The notes: generated by a model from the sequence alone, not told the origin. A stretch of DNA of 32,000 bases from Ktedonobacterales bacterium (GCA_030167145.1 CP126532.1:5037608-5069607), one strand, 5' to 3'; shown: positions 9,399-18,180, counted from the stretch's first letter. Program-made: numbers and translations.

Positions 9399-10952
9399 AT
9401 GCAGATTCCCGCTATCGCGCCTAATCCGCTGCGATTTGGCATGCGCACTGCGCGCAATGTGCAGCCATGCATCATGGTCATTTTCGGCGCGACAGGCGAT
9501 CTGACCCATCGAAAGTTGATTCCTGCGCTCTACAATCTAGCGTTGGAGCAACCACTTCCGCCACAGTTCACGGTTGTAGGTGTCGCGCGACGTGCATTTA
9601 GTGATGAGCAGTTCCGGCAGCAGGCGCTCGAATCTGTTAACAATTTCTCACGACGCAGTCCAGCCAGCCCGGCTGTCTGGGAGACGTTCTCAAAAGGTTT
9701 CTTCTATCATCAACTCCAATTCGACAACCCCGATGATTACCAATCTCTCGCGGAGAGACTGAAACAACTTGATGCGGAGCGCGGCACGCAGAGCAACTAT
9801 ATTTACTATCTTGCCACGCCGCCAAGCTTCTACCCCACCATTGCCAATAATCTGAGCGCTGGGGGGCTTGGCGGGCATAACAATTCCGGCGAACAGGGGT
9901 GGTCGCGCATCATTGTCGAGAAACCATTTGGGCACAATCTCGAGTCTGCCCTTGCCCTTAATCACGAACTGAACAAAGCATTCTCTGAGCAGCAGATATA
10001 CCGCATTGATCACTATCTCGGAAAAGAGACCGTGCAAAATATCATGGTGCTGCGTTTCGCGAACGGCATCTTTGAGCCTATCTGGAACCGACGTTATATA
10101 GACAACGTACAAATCACCGTGGCCGAGACACTCGGTGTGGGTGGCCGTGTGGACTATTATGAAGAGGCTGGCGCCCTGCGCGACATGGTGCAGAATCACA
10201 TGATGCAACTGCTTACGCTGGTCGCGATGGAACCGCCGGTCAACTTCGACGCCGACGCTGTGCGGGATGAGAAGGTCAAAGTATTGCGCGCCATCACACC
10301 ATATGCGGAAGGCGAGGTTGCCTCTGACACGTTGCGTGGGCAGTATGGCCCTGGCATGATCGGCGGAGAAAAGGTGCTCGGCTATCGCGAGGAACCTGGC
10401 GTGAAGGCGAACTCGCCTACTGAGACCTATACCGCGCTTAAGCTCTTCATTGAGAACTGGCGCTGGGCTGGTGTTCCATTCTATTTGCGCCATGGTAAGC
10501 GGCTCACCAAACGCATTACCGAAATCGCAATTCAGTTCAACCGTCCACCGTACCTGCTCTTTCAGGGAACTGGCGCCGACCAGATGCAGCCCAATGTGCT
10601 TTCGCTGCGGATCCAGCCGAATGAGGGTATCTCATTGCTTTTCGACGCCAAAGTCCCTGGCCAGGAAATGCAGCTTCGCAGCGTCAATATGGACTTTCTT
10701 TATGGTAGTTCATTCGGCGTTGAGCCACCTGAAGCATATGAGCGCCTACTTCTCGAGTGCATGCTCGGTGACTCCACCCTCTTCACTCGCATAGATGAGA
10801 CCGAATACTCCTGGCGCCTGATAGATGCCATTGAGCGCGGTTGGGCCAAAATGCCAGCTTCCGCTCTGCATCAATACGAACCAGGCACGTGGGGACCCAA
10901 AGAAGCTGCTACGCTCATCGAACGTGACGGTCGAACCTGGAGACACTTATGA
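9399..10952 (+). CDS. zwf: Glucose-6-phosphate 1-dehydrogenase
   Basis: Dinucleotide-binding motif 'IFGATGDLTHRKLIPALYNL', active-site motif 'RIDHYLGKE' and 'EKPFG'. 517 aa. Confidence 0.95.
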   Translation: MQIPAIAPNPLRFGMRTARNVQPCIMVIFGATGDLTHRKLIPALYNLALEQPLPPQFTVVGVARRAFSDEQFRQQALESVNNFSRRSPASPAVWETFSKGFFYHQLQFDNPDDYQSLAERLKQLDAERGTQSNYIYYLATPPSFYPTIANNLSAGGLGGHNNSGEQGWSRIIVEKPFGHNLESALALNHELNKAFSEQQIYRIDHYLGKETVQNIMVLRFANGIFEPIWNRRYIDNVQITVAETLGVGGRVDYYEEAGALRDMVQNHMMQLLTLVAMEPPVNFDADAVRDEKVKVLRAITPYAEGEVASDTLRGQYGPGMIGGEKVLGYREEPGVKANSPTETYTALKLFIENWRWAGVPFYLRHGKRLTKRITEIAIQFNRPPYLLFQGTGADQMQPNVLSLRIQPNEGISLLFDAKVPGQEMQLRSVNMDFLYGSSFGVEPPEAYERLLLECMLGDSTLFTRIDETEYSWRLIDAIERGWAKMPASALHQYEPGTWGPKEAATLIERDGRTWRHL

Positions 10953-12166
10953 GCGAGACACAAACATCCTTCGCTGGGCTGAGGCCAGTGGAGTTGGACG
11001 CTGTTGAGCGTGAGCTAGACCACTTGTGGCGCGACGCGAATCTGCAAATTGCCAGCACTGCTGGGCATGCTATCGCCCGCAACAGCGTGCTTACACTCGT
11101 TACCGTCACGACAACCGAAGCTGAGGCTCAGCAGTTACAAGGGCTTATTCACAGCCTGAGCGCCCAACATCCCTCGCGGGCTATTGTCGTGGCTGCCGAC
11201 GCAAGTAAAGCCGATGAGGGAATTACTGGCTATATAGGGACATACACAGGCCAGGGCAATAGCTACGGCGAGGATATTGTGCTCAGCGCAGGAGGCGCAT
11301 CAGTGAGCCACCTGCCTGGCGTTGTGCTGCCGCTCATAGTCTCTGGACTTCCCTCTTTCCTCTGGTGGACCAGCGAGCCACCGTGGGGTAGCGAATTACT
11401 TGAGGCTATGGTAGATGGCTGCGACCGATTTATCATAGATACGTCCGAGATGAGCAATGTTGCGCATAGCATCCGGTCACTCGACGACCTCATGCGTCGT
11501 AAGTCTGCACGTTGTGCTATCAGCGACATCAGTTGGACAGCTCAAGCGCCATGGCGCGATATTGTCGCCCAGTTCTTCGATTCAGTTGTCGTGCGTCCAT
11601 TTATCTACAATGTCGAGCGCCTGACGATTGAGTACGCAGCAGGCGATGAATACATGCCATCTAATAGCAGCCAGGCGTATCTCTTTGCCGGTTGGCTCGC
11701 TTCACGACTTGGATGGCATATCCGACTTGCGCAACCCACCCCAGGAGATGGTTCGATGCAGCATACTCTGCATGACGCGAGCGGGCGTATTGTTGCGCTG
11801 GAAGTGAACGCCCGCTATGGTATTCCACAACAGGGTGGTCTTATACAATTTGAGAAAGAAGAGCGCGATGAGGGCGTGTTCGTCCGCCCAGGCGCATTGA
11901 TGTCTATCTATATCGCTGCTCGCATTGATGGGCAGCTTGGCACATTCGCGGTGGCTCGCGAGCGAGACTTGGAGCATGCTACCACCGCGTGCCAGGTACC
12001 ACAGGCTTCGATGCCCAGCCAGACGATTCATTTGGCTTCTGTTGGCGAGACTGACCCACTTGCTCAGCAACTTGGCAATCTGGGTCATGATTCCGTGTAT
12101 GAAGAAGCACTGGCCGCCACTGCACTCATGATGGGTGCAAGCAGTAGCCGAAGGGGCATCTCATGA
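10949..12166 (+). CDS. opcA: Glucose-6-phosphate dehydrogenase assembly protein OpcA
   Basis: Lies between zwf and pgl with ATGA start/stop overlaps at both ends. The 'LPSFLWW' segment and ~400-aa size fit my recollection of OpcA. Homology was not verified by search. Confidence 0.75.
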   Translation: MSETQTSFAGLRPVELDAVERELDHLWRDANLQIASTAGHAIARNSVLTLVTVTTTEAEAQQLQGLIHSLSAQHPSRAIVVAADASKADEGITGYIGTYTGQGNSYGEDIVLSAGGASVSHLPGVVLPLIVSGLPSFLWWTSEPPWGSELLEAMVDGCDRFIIDTSEMSNVAHSIRSLDDLMRRKSARCAISDISWTAQAPWRDIVAQFFDSVVVRPFIYNVERLTIEYAAGDEYMPSNSSQAYLFAGWLASRLGWHIRLAQPTPGDGSMQHTLHDASGRIVALEVNARYGIPQQGGLIQFEKEERDEGVFVRPGALMSIYIAARIDGQLGTFAVARERDLEHATTACQVPQASMPSQTIHLASVGETDPLAQQLGNLGHDSVYEEALAATALMMGASSSRRGIS

Positions 12167-12921
12167 GCAATCCTGATAGCACCCAGCGCGGACGCATTCA
12201 TCGCATACTTGCGCCGGACGTGAAGGGAGTAGCTCGCTACGGTGCGGAACTCTTTGTGCGATTGAGCCAGATCGCAGCCGCAAATGGGCGATTCAGTGTC
12301 GCGCTCTCTGGCGGATCCACTCCGCGCACCATGCATCTACTGCTTGCCTCACCCGAATTTCGCACTCAGGTGAATTGGTCGTATGTCCACTTCTATTGGG
12401 GCGACGAGCGATGTGTCCCGCCAGAGGACCAGGAGAGCAACTTCCGCATGGCCCGCGAGACGTTGTTGGATGCGCTGCCTGTTCAGCCTGCCCAAATTCA
12501 TCGTATACGCTCAGAGGACACTCCGGAGAGCGCCGCTGCGCAGTATGAAAATGAGCTACGAGAGACATTCAGGCTCGCACAGGGCGAGTGGCCGCGCTTC
12601 GACTTGATCTATTTGGGGATGGGGCCAGATGGCCACACGGCTTCGCTCTTTCCGCATACCACTGCGTTGCATGTGAGCGACCGGATTGTCGTCGCCAACT
12701 ACGTCCCGAAGCTTGCAGCGAGCCGCATTACGCTGACAGTGCCGGTGCTCAACAATGCCGCCGCTGTAGCTTTCCTCGTAGCCGGGGCAGAGAAGGCCAG
12801 CGCTTTGGCCGCAGTGATAGATGGCCCACCTAATCCAGATGAATATCCCTCACAGCGCATTGCGCCAAGCAATGGTGATCTGTACTGGATTATGGATCGG
12901 GCGGCATCCGCACATCTCTAG
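12163..12921 (+). CDS. pgl: 6-phosphogluconolactonase
   Basis: Motifs 'ALSGGSTP', 'WGDERCVP' and 'LGMGPDGHTASLFP'. 252 aa. Confidence 0.92.
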   Translation: MSNPDSTQRGRIHRILAPDVKGVARYGAELFVRLSQIAAANGRFSVALSGGSTPRTMHLLLASPEFRTQVNWSYVHFYWGDERCVPPEDQESNFRMARETLLDALPVQPAQIHRIRSEDTPESAAAQYENELRETFRLAQGEWPRFDLIYLGMGPDGHTASLFPHTTALHVSDRIVVANYVPKLAASRITLTVPVLNNAAAVAFLVAGAEKASALAAVIDGPPNPDEYPSQRIAPSNGDLYWIMDRAASAHL

Positions 12922-12958
12922 TTCGGACCAATCGCTTTATTCACGGAGAAGAGAAGAC

Positions 12959-13615
12959 ATGGCGCTCATCGTTCCCTCCATCCTCTCGGCGGACTTTGCT
13001 CACCTCGGCGAGCAGGTTGAAGCTGCACAGTTGGGAGGCGCGGATCGTCTCCAGATAGACGTGATGGATGGGCGCTTCGTCCCGAACATTACTGTCGGAC
13101 CTCTCATCGTCGAAGCCGTGCGGCAACATACCACGCTGCCACTTGAAGCGCACCTCATGATCGTGGAGCCAGAGCGCTATATTGAAGACTTTGCCAAAGC
13201 TGGTGCTGATCTTATCATTGTTCATCAAGAAGTTTCACCGCACCTGCATCGCACCATTCAGCATATTCACCGTCTGGGCAAACGTGCGGGTGTCGCCATC
13301 AATCCAGCAACTCCGCTTACCGTACTTCAGGAGATTCTGAACGACGTTGATCTCACCCTTTGTATGACGGTTAACCCTGGTTTCGGCGGTCAAGACTTCA
13401 TCCCCAGTATGTTGCCGAAGATCGAGCGGCTGCGTGCGATGATCGAACAGCACGGCGCGCACTGCGATCTGGAAGTAGATGGCGGTATCTCGGCTGTCAC
13501 TGCGCCCCAGGCTGTACGGGCAGGCGCTAACGTGCTCGTCGCGGGATCTGCGGTCTACAATGACTCGGCTGGTGTCTCCGCTGCCATTGCCCGTATACGT
13601 GCCGCGCTTGGGTAA
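12959..13615 (+). CDS. rpe: Ribulose-phosphate 3-epimerase
   Basis: Motifs 'PSILSADFAHLGEQV', 'DVMDGRFVPNIT', 'MTVNPGFGGQ' and 'VDGGI'. The track ORF starts at 12821 inside pgl. ATG 12959 has a GGAGAAG Shine-Dalgarno and gives the usual ~218 aa. Confidence 0.92.
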   Translation: MALIVPSILSADFAHLGEQVEAAQLGGADRLQIDVMDGRFVPNITVGPLIVEAVRQHTTLPLEAHLMIVEPERYIEDFAKAGADLIIVHQEVSPHLHRTIQHIHRLGKRAGVAINPATPLTVLQEILNDVDLTLCMTVNPGFGGQDFIPSMLPKIERLRAMIEQHGAHCDLEVDGGISAVTAPQAVRAGANVLVAGSAVYNDSAGVSAAIARIRAALG

Positions 13616-13723
13616 GCGGACCAGTTCTTCTAGGACCGCCCGTTTAGGCCAGTACCATGACTCACCGCTCGGAACCTGCTACGCTTTCTGCATGTTAGAT
13701 TAGTGGTATGAGAGCGTGGCAGC

Positions 13724-14212
13724 ATGACAACGAGCGAGATGTCCGTGCGGAATGGGCGAATTGCATTGCTTGCGGCTCCGAAGCGGCAGCGCGGGACGCT
13801 CTGCCGCGCCGCCGAGCAGTTCGACCCGTCGCCGGTATTTCGTCGTGGGCGCGACTTTTGTAGCCGTCTCTACGACGAGTGGTATATCCTCAGCGCCGCA
13901 CATGGCTTGCTTGCACCGCATCGTGTCATTGGGCCTGGCGAACTGTCATTTCATCAGCTAAACGCAGAGTGTAGAGCAGCGTGGGGCAGCAACGTTGCGA
14001 GTATGTTACGAGAACGTCAGACCCAGATGGTGATGCCGGTGACCTTCGTAATCTACGCTAGCCAGCTCTATGCCGACGTTCTTCTGCGCACCGCCCCAGA
14101 TCTGGTATTTGAGCGGCCACTGGCAGGTATGAGTCTCAGCGAGCGCCTGCGTTGGTACGACGAACGGCTTGTCTTGCGCTCGCGGTTGCTCTTGCCCGCG
14201 CTACCCCAATGA
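13724..14212 (+). CDS. Hypothetical protein, DUF6884-like (function unknown)
   Basis: 162-aa ORF. The core 'DEWYILSAAHGLLAPHRVIGP', then '...AAWGSNV...', then 'PLAGMSLSERLRWY', matches the layout I remember for DUF6884 proteins. This is a recollection, not a search. Confidence 0.55.
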   Translation: MTTSEMSVRNGRIALLAAPKRQRGTLCRAAEQFDPSPVFRRGRDFCSRLYDEWYILSAAHGLLAPHRVIGPGELSFHQLNAECRAAWGSNVASMLRERQTQMVMPVTFVIYASQLYADVLLRTAPDLVFERPLAGMSLSERLRWYDERLVLRSRLLLPALPQ

Positions 14213-14315
14213 GTATAGCCAGAATAGGTCACTTGTCGAATGGCATCCTGGCAGCTACGATGCTATGGCCGCTGGCTACGGAGAGACGCTCCAAGTCTGT
14301 GGCGAAAGGAGCGCC

Positions 14316-15182
14316 ATGATGCCGACTGTAACCAGCATCATCAATTTGAAGGGCGGCGTGGGCAAGACCACGCTTACCATCGCGCTAGCCCACTTCCTGG
14401 CGATTGAGCACCACAAACGCGTGCTGGTGATAGATCTCGATCCCCAAACTAATGCTACTGTGTGCCTGATTCCCGAAAATGAGTGGAAGCAACGCGACGA
14501 AACTGGACGCACGCTTTATCAGTTCTTCGCTGATCAGGTGAAGGGCACACGGCGTTTCAATGTAGATGAAGCCATTGTGCGCGATGTCTCGAATATCGGC
14601 GGCGGGGTGCGCGGACTGGACCTGCTTCCCTCTAGCTTGCGGCTCATCAAAGTGCAGGATCGGGTAACACAACTCACAGATTTCGAGAATTACGAGCGTG
14701 GCCCCATCTTCGCTATGCGTGATGCCTTGGGCGAATTTCTTCCGTACTACGATCATGTACTCATAGACTGCCCGCCTTCGCTGGGCATCATTACGCTGAA
14801 TGGCTTGGCAATCTCCGACTCATATCTGATTCCCGTCGTGCCTGATCTGCTCTCAGTGCTTGGCATCCCACCGATTCTGGATCGAGTAGACCACTTCGGC
14901 ATGGCGACGAGGCGAAACATTCGTGCGCTCGGTATCATTATCTCAAAGATGCGCGCGCAAACGCTTCTGCACAACGAAATGCAGCGTCGTCTACGCGAGG
15001 ATTTTGTGGATCGCCGCTTTCCACCGGTTTTCCAGACGATCATCCCTGAATCCACGCGGATCGCGGAAGCTGCCAATGTGCTGGCTCCAGTGCATACATT
15101 GCAACAGAAATATGGCACTGGTGGCCCTTACGAAGATCTGAGCGAGCTAACGCGGGAGTATCTCGCCAATGTCGCACGGTAA
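14316..15182 (+). CDS. ParA/MinD-family P-loop ATPase (orphan ParA-like)
   Basis: Deviant Walker A 'INLKGGVGKTT' with the signature Lys, 'VLVIDLDPQTNAT', and Walker B 'VLIDCPPSLG'. GAAAGGAG Shine-Dalgarno at 14304-14311 precedes ATG 14316/14319. The track ORF start at 14169 is an upstream extension. Confidence 0.88.
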   Translation: MMPTVTSIINLKGGVGKTTLTIALAHFLAIEHHKRVLVIDLDPQTNATVCLIPENEWKQRDETGRTLYQFFADQVKGTRRFNVDEAIVRDVSNIGGGVRGLDLLPSSLRLIKVQDRVTQLTDFENYERGPIFAMRDALGEFLPYYDHVLIDCPPSLGIITLNGLAISDSYLIPVVPDLLSVLGIPPILDRVDHFGMATRRNIRALGIIISKMRAQTLLHNEMQRRLREDFVDRRFPPVFQTIIPESTRIAEAANVLAPVHTLQQKYGTGGPYEDLSELTREYLANVAR

Positions 15183-15666
15183 GGGAACGCAAGCGCGCGA
15201 TTCGTCGCTGGCTGCCTCGCACACGTCCAGCGTGGCGAATATGTTGCGCGAACTGGCGACTCGTGTGGAGAGCAATCCTACTCTTGCCGAGCGTGTGCTC
15301 GTGGCGCTTCGCGCGGAGGGGTTGCTCACGACTGAAGAACATGTAACCGGGCGCCGTGGCAAACGACGTGCATCCGCTGCGCCCTTACCGATTGCTACTC
15401 GTAGGGCGAACGAATCTGTCAGCACTGACCCGCAATCTACATTGCCACCTGACCCATTCGCTGTCTTGCGTGCTCGTGGTGAAGAGGGACTGCGCACTGC
15501 CCTGCAACCACTCGAACTCCCTGTGCTCAGAAGCATTGTCCGTACCTATCGCCTTGACCCAGCGCGAATCTCGGCCCGATGGACAGCTCGCGACCGGGTC
15601 ATTTCGCTGATCGTCACACAGGCACTGGCGCAGATTAACCAGGGGAAGGCATTTGCCCGTGTGTGA
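15169..15666 (+). CDS. Hypothetical protein, candidate ParA partner/adaptor (not a ParB)
   Basis: The ATG at 15169 overlaps the ParA-like gene by 14 nt. 165 aa: short basic N-terminus 'MSHGKGTQAR', a helix, a basic linker 'GRRGKRRASAAPLPIATRR', and a C-terminal helical domain 'DPFAVLRARGEEGLRTALQPLELPVLRSIVRTYRLDP...LIVTQA'. No ParB-box motif. Confidence 0.55.
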   Translation: MSHGKGTQARDSSLAASHTSSVANMLRELATRVESNPTLAERVLVALRAEGLLTTEEHVTGRRGKRRASAAPLPIATRRANESVSTDPQSTLPPDPFAVLRARGEEGLRTALQPLELPVLRSIVRTYRLDPARISARWTARDRVISLIVTQALAQINQGKAFARV

Positions 15667-15769
15667 AGGCCATAGAGAGACTGGCAGACCATGTACTGAC
15701 CAACGGTAGGTAGGCAGATGCCTTGATAAATCGTCCCCAGTACAAAGGCGTAAATCGTTTTGTTTCATC

Positions 15770-17272
15770 TTACGATTCTTTGTCAGGAACCGATGTGATC
15801 TCCGCTGTCAGAGCGTCTTTTGAGCCAACAATGCCAGTGCCGTCACCTAGCTCCTGGCTACGGGCGATGGTGGATTGCGCGTGCTGACCAGTTTCAGCCC
15901 GCATGTGTTCTAGCGCCTGGCTGAAGCGAACAGGATAAGGCATGTCCACTTTTAGGGCGTGGTAGCGTTCTGGTAGCGCACGCAGATTTGCTTGCGCTAA
16001 TTCCCAAACCTCGCCCAGTGGAGGGAGGCTGCCGGGGATGATTTGCCCTTGCCGCATGACAGGACGGAGCAGGCGCGTATAGCCCAAAGGCGCAGGCTCG
16101 TGTGCAAGTTGAACTATGTCTTCCTGCCATTCTGGGTGGCGATATACCTCTTTCCGCCCAGGCCAGGTAGTCTTCGAACCTGCGAGCTTCAGTTTGGGTT
16201 GTTCGCTGCCATCTTCTTCGACATAGGCAACCTCCTTATACACACCACCGAGCGCCCCGCCAGAGATTCCATGCTCTACGTTTCCCGCGCCCGTGCCAAG
16301 TGAGGTGCCTACACCAAGCGCATCTATCTCCGCGCCCGCTGCCAATAATTCGGCGATTTCAAACTCGTCTAGATCACCACTGGCAAGAATTCGCACACTG
16401 CTCATGGCTGCCAGGAAAAGCTGTTCACGCACATAGCGGCTATCCTCTACGAGATTGCCGCTGTCGAGTCGAACCGCTGCCAGTGTATGTCCCAGACTCT
16501 TGCTGATTTTGTGCGCCACATCAATGGCGGTATGGATTGCCCGACGTGGATCGTAGGTATCCAGTAGCAATGTATAGCGATTGAAGGATTCTGCGATAGC
16601 TGTGAAAGCTTCCTCTTCGGTAGGAAAGAGCTGAATCAGCGCATGCGGAACGGTACCGGTGGCCAGCAGGCGATAATCGAAGGCGGCGGCAAGCAACGAT
16701 GTGCTTGAGCATCCACCGATGTAAGAGGACCGGGCGACCACCATCGGATTTTGCGCACGGCGAAACGCAAACTCAGAAACACGGCGACCTTGTGCGGCCC
16801 AAACAACTCGCGCGGCCTTCGTCGCAACAAGTGTGGCCAGGTTGATCGCCTGGAGTAGCCCCGATTCCATCAAGAGCGCCTCGCGAAACGGTGCAGTGAG
16901 TCGCAAGAGCGGTTCGTTCGGAAAAGCGATGGCGCCTTCAGGCATTGCATAAATCTCGCCTGTGAAGCGAAGGTTGGCCAGTTCATCAAGAAAAGCAGCA
17001 TCATAGTCGCGGATACGCGCCAGGAAAGCCAGTTCATCTGGCATATAGTGGAATGATTGGACGAACTTGAGCGCTGCCTCTAGCCCAGCCAGCAGCATGT
17101 ACGCTCCGCCAAATGGAGCCGACCGAACATAAAGGTCGAAGGTGGTCAGGCCGTTGCGCCCTGTCAGCCAGCTCACGTAAGCAGCATCGGGATGATACAT
17201 ATCGGTGAAGAGCCCAGGATGGTCTCCAGGTGCGCGGCGAAGCATAGGCAATATACCTTCCTCAAGGTTCAT
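15770..17272 (-). CDS. pncB: Nicotinate phosphoribosyltransferase
   Basis: N-terminal 'LFTDMYHPDAAYVSW', 'VRLDSGNL' and the overall type II PRTase layout. 500 aa, with about 50 aa of low-complexity C-terminal extension. Confidence 0.85.
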   Translation of the reverse strand: MNLEEGILPMLRRAPGDHPGLFTDMYHPDAAYVSWLTGRNGLTTFDLYVRSAPFGGAYMLLAGLEAALKFVQSFHYMPDELAFLARIRDYDAAFLDELANLRFTGEIYAMPEGAIAFPNEPLLRLTAPFREALLMESGLLQAINLATLVATKAARVVWAAQGRRVSEFAFRRAQNPMVVARSSYIGGCSSTSLLAAAFDYRLLATGTVPHALIQLFPTEEEAFTAIAESFNRYTLLLDTYDPRRAIHTAIDVAHKISKSLGHTLAAVRLDSGNLVEDSRYVREQLFLAAMSSVRILASGDLDEFEIAELLAAGAEIDALGVGTSLGTGAGNVEHGISGGALGGVYKEVAYVEEDGSEQPKLKLAGSKTTWPGRKEVYRHPEWQEDIVQLAHEPAPLGYTRLLRPVMRQGQIIPGSLPPLGEVWELAQANLRALPERYHALKVDMPYPVRFSQALEHMRAETGQHAQSTIARSQELGDGTGIVGSKDALTAEITSVPDKES

Positions 17273-17815
17273 TCAAGCATCCAGCAATGGGAACTCTGCC
17301 TCGAATTCGCGGAGTCGCGCATCCACATCAATCATACGAAGATGCAAAGGCGCAGGCGCAATAATATTCAGGCTGAGAATCTTGCTGTTAATGGCGCGTA
17401 GAGTGTCACGATATCGTACCAGCGTCTTGTCGCGAAGGATATTATATGCGCGGCGCTCGCTGGCGAATGGCGACCCCAAGCGGAAGCGCAATGTCTCGTG
17501 TTGGTGGCGCAATGGTTTCAACATGCTCTCCGCACGCTCAAGCTCAGCATCAACCTCTTTGCGGCGCTCGATTTCAGGCGGGGCCAGATGATTACTCTTC
17601 AGCAGGCTATATGCCAGAGCTTTATCACCCGCATGAACGTTCTCCTCGATATGCAGTGGTTTGCCACTACCTTCTAGATTGTCAAATTCACCTTGCTCGC
17701 GGGCTTGTTGAATTCGTTCTTCTACACGATCTGCCCACCGTCTCAGGTGGCTGGCAGCATCTCCGCTCGATGGCACATTGGATCTTCTACCATCAGGCTG
17801 TTGTCGCGAGTTCAT
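17273..17815 (-). CDS. DUF1992 (DnaJC28-like C-terminal domain) protein
   Basis: 'VEERIQQAREQGEFDNLEGSGKPL' is the hallmark of DUF1992. The track ORF reaches 17869, but ATG 17815 is preceded by GGGGAG with 8-nt spacing. The TGA stop at 17273-17275 directly abuts the pncB ATG. Confidence 0.78.
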   Translation of the reverse strand: MNSRQQPDGRRSNVPSSGDAASHLRRWADRVEERIQQAREQGEFDNLEGSGKPLHIEENVHAGDKALAYSLLKSNHLAPPEIERRKEVDAELERAESMLKPLRHQHETLRFRLGSPFASERRAYNILRDKTLVRYRDTLRAINSKILSLNIIAPAPLHLRMIDVDARLREFEAEFPLLDA

Positions 17816-18180
17816 TCCAATGACTCCCCGAAGGCTTGCGTGGAAGCATACATGTGATGATTTGAACACATACTATGTGGATTGTACGTTAGATGTGGGC
17901 ACCGATGGCAACAGCTTTGGTCGTCGTGCCGCTCAAAGCACCTCCTACAATGCTGGATGTGACCTTTGCTATTACGAGCATAGTGTTGTTGATGGGCAAA
18001 ACAAAATCAGTGACCGAGATCCACCCTGTGATGGCGAGATGGTTGGAGATCGCATCCACGTTGCACGAGATCGGCCATATCGGCAGTTGCTCTTGACAAA
18101 ATCCGCTCTGCGCCTGACTATGCGGGCAGCAAACGTTAAGAGCAGATTAAGAGTGTGCTAAGAAAATTGGGGGCAGACAT

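Noticed and set aside
9690-10493. 267-aa ORF antisense to zwf
   Set aside because: It lies entirely inside a gene with unmistakable G6PDH motifs. It has no Shine-Dalgarno and an Arg/His/Leu-rich, shadow-like composition typical of antisense frames in GC-rich DNA.
12821-12958. Upstream extension of the rpe ORF overlapping pgl
   Set aside because: The RPE family starts at 'MALIVPSILSADF'. ATG 12959 has its own Shine-Dalgarno and gives the canonical length.
14169-14315. Upstream extension of the ParA-like ORF overlapping the DUF6884-like gene
   Set aside because: ParA proteins begin a few residues before the KGGVGKTT loop. GAAAGGAG precedes ATG 14316.
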